Part shown: positions 62,674 through 64,000 of the stretch, one piece after another
How positions within the stretch are numbered: position 1 is the stretch's first letter
Layout of the letters: each line of letters begins with the position of its first letter
Translations under genes and position numbers: made by a program
The notes under the pieces: generated by a model
What the model was told of the DNA's origin: nothing
The model's input: the letters and a program-made list of their open reading frames with translations, nothing else
Databases searched by the model: none
NCBI GenBank assembly: GCA_028534125.1
Contig: CM052818.1
Location: 15,192,001-15,256,000 of the forward strand
Reading direction: 5' to 3'
From: Lama glama
Lineage: Eukaryota
DNA length: 64,000 bases

Positions 62674-63480
62674 GGTGAGCGAAAATCCAGCTCTTTTGTA
62701 TAAAGTTTTCTGTTTTCAGCTAGGTCCTGTATTCAGGGGGAAAAAAAAAAATCACACACTGAAAAAAGTACTAAAATGCTGTCAACACATTTCTTCATGG
62801 AGCATTTTCAGTATGATTGCCACTGCTAGTAACCTTTGAGGTAGGATGAAAGTATTGTTGTAAATAGGACTTCTGGCCACGGTGATCCAGCTAGGTGAAA
62901 CCAACGTTGTCTAGGGCTGCATTTTGGTCAGATGGCTCGTGACCTGCAGCTGTAACTCCACAGCTCTCTGCAGTCTAGCAATGTTAATTAAGCTAGTGTT
63001 GAGTGTGTCTTCAGTGTCGGTGCTTTGCTAGGGCTGGAGATACTAATGGTAAGACATAGTTGCTACTTTTAAGAACTTGGACTCCTTGAAATGATGGATG
63101 GAAGGACACAGATGAGGGAAGTGACTGAGGTAAAATGTTCATATCATTAGCTTATTTTGACTTCGGTTTGGAATCAGGGTTGATGGCAGATCTATTCCAA
63201 CTAGCAACTTGCAATAGAACGTGATCCTAGAGATTGAGTATTTAGTTCCTCTCCTAGTTTTCAGAACACACTGGAGGGATGACCTAGCCCAGCACTTTTC
63301 CTCCGTGGTACCTTAGGGGCAGGTTGGTTGGTGTTTGAAGGAGAAAAGGTCAAGGGACAAAGGCTGAGGAGGGAGGCAGTCTGGGAGATGTGCTTGCGGG
63401 GAGCTGGGCTCCAATGGTGCATTTGTCCTAATAGGAAAGTGACGGGGAGTTAGGAGTCATCTCTTTATTGTTTGACACAG

Positions 63481-63636
63481 GCAGAGCCTCTCCCTGGAGT
63501 GTCTCGAATGCGTGCAACGTGCATGAACGCTGGATGCGGCTCAGTGAGCTGAGAGGTGTGGAGCAGCGCACTTGGCAGGATGAGTCCCTGCGGATGGTGG
63601 ATGAGGAGGAGCCGTGAGCACTGTTCATTCTAGAAG
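63481..63636 (+). other. Candidate 156-nt non-coding exon
   Basis: tctttattgtttgacacag acceptor; AAG|GTAGGT donor; locally CpG- and purine-rich; stops in all three frames. Confidence 0.35.
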
Positions 63637-64000
63637 GTAGGTGCCATGGTGGGTGTTTGGCGAGGCTGGCCGGCAAGCTCTGAAGCCAGATTCAGCTGTG
63701 GCTAAATGACCTGCCACGGAAGTCATGCACGGTCATTTTTTTTTTTGTCTCCCAATTTAAGATTTATGTCTGTTAAACATAATCACATAATCCCAGTTCT
63801 GTTGCTCACTTTCAAAGCAATTGGAAGTCTTCAGCTGACCTTGTTCTAGGTGAACCATAAATAACTGGAAGGTCAACTGACAAAACAGTTTCCCCCTGAC
63901 TTTCCAAGTTCTCAGGGTTTCTACGCAGAAAAGGCGGTGATTTTTTCCCCCTGCTCGGCCTGGTGTGGTGCTGTCCACACTCTGACGTCTTGTGTAGGCA

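Overview
Mammalian non-coding genomic DNA, most likely from a camelid (alpaca/llama/camel): it carries a tRNA-Ala-derived SINE with the structure of the camelid Vic-1 family at 58908-59092 and young artiodactyl-type L1 ends. I find no credible protein-coding gene; the listed ORFs are short chance frames, mostly inside repeats. The window looks like a large intron (or 5'-UTR intron series) of a + strand transcription unit. Much of it is interspersed repeats: L1, L2, MIR, CR1, MaLR/ERV LTRs, hAT/Tigger MITEs. The most notable items read directly from the sequence are: (1) a Mutator/MULE DNA transposon with long TIRs and a recognisable transposase remnant (35029-35800); (2) an L1-retroposed, polyadenylated 3' end of 28S rRNA (15640-15826); (3) a processed retrocopy of an unidentified mRNA 3' end inside an L2 (33609-34286); (4) an apparent L1 3' transduction with a cryptic ATTAAA signal (42237-43080); (5) a cluster of six ERV1-type solo LTRs in 6 kb (21414-27361); (6) an internally deleted L1 keeping both ends (54964-57013); (7) a few candidate non-coding + strand exons near the right end. 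I see no evidence of a wholly new biological system. Repeat family names come from recall of consensus sequences, not from a database search, and boundaries of old repeats are approximate.
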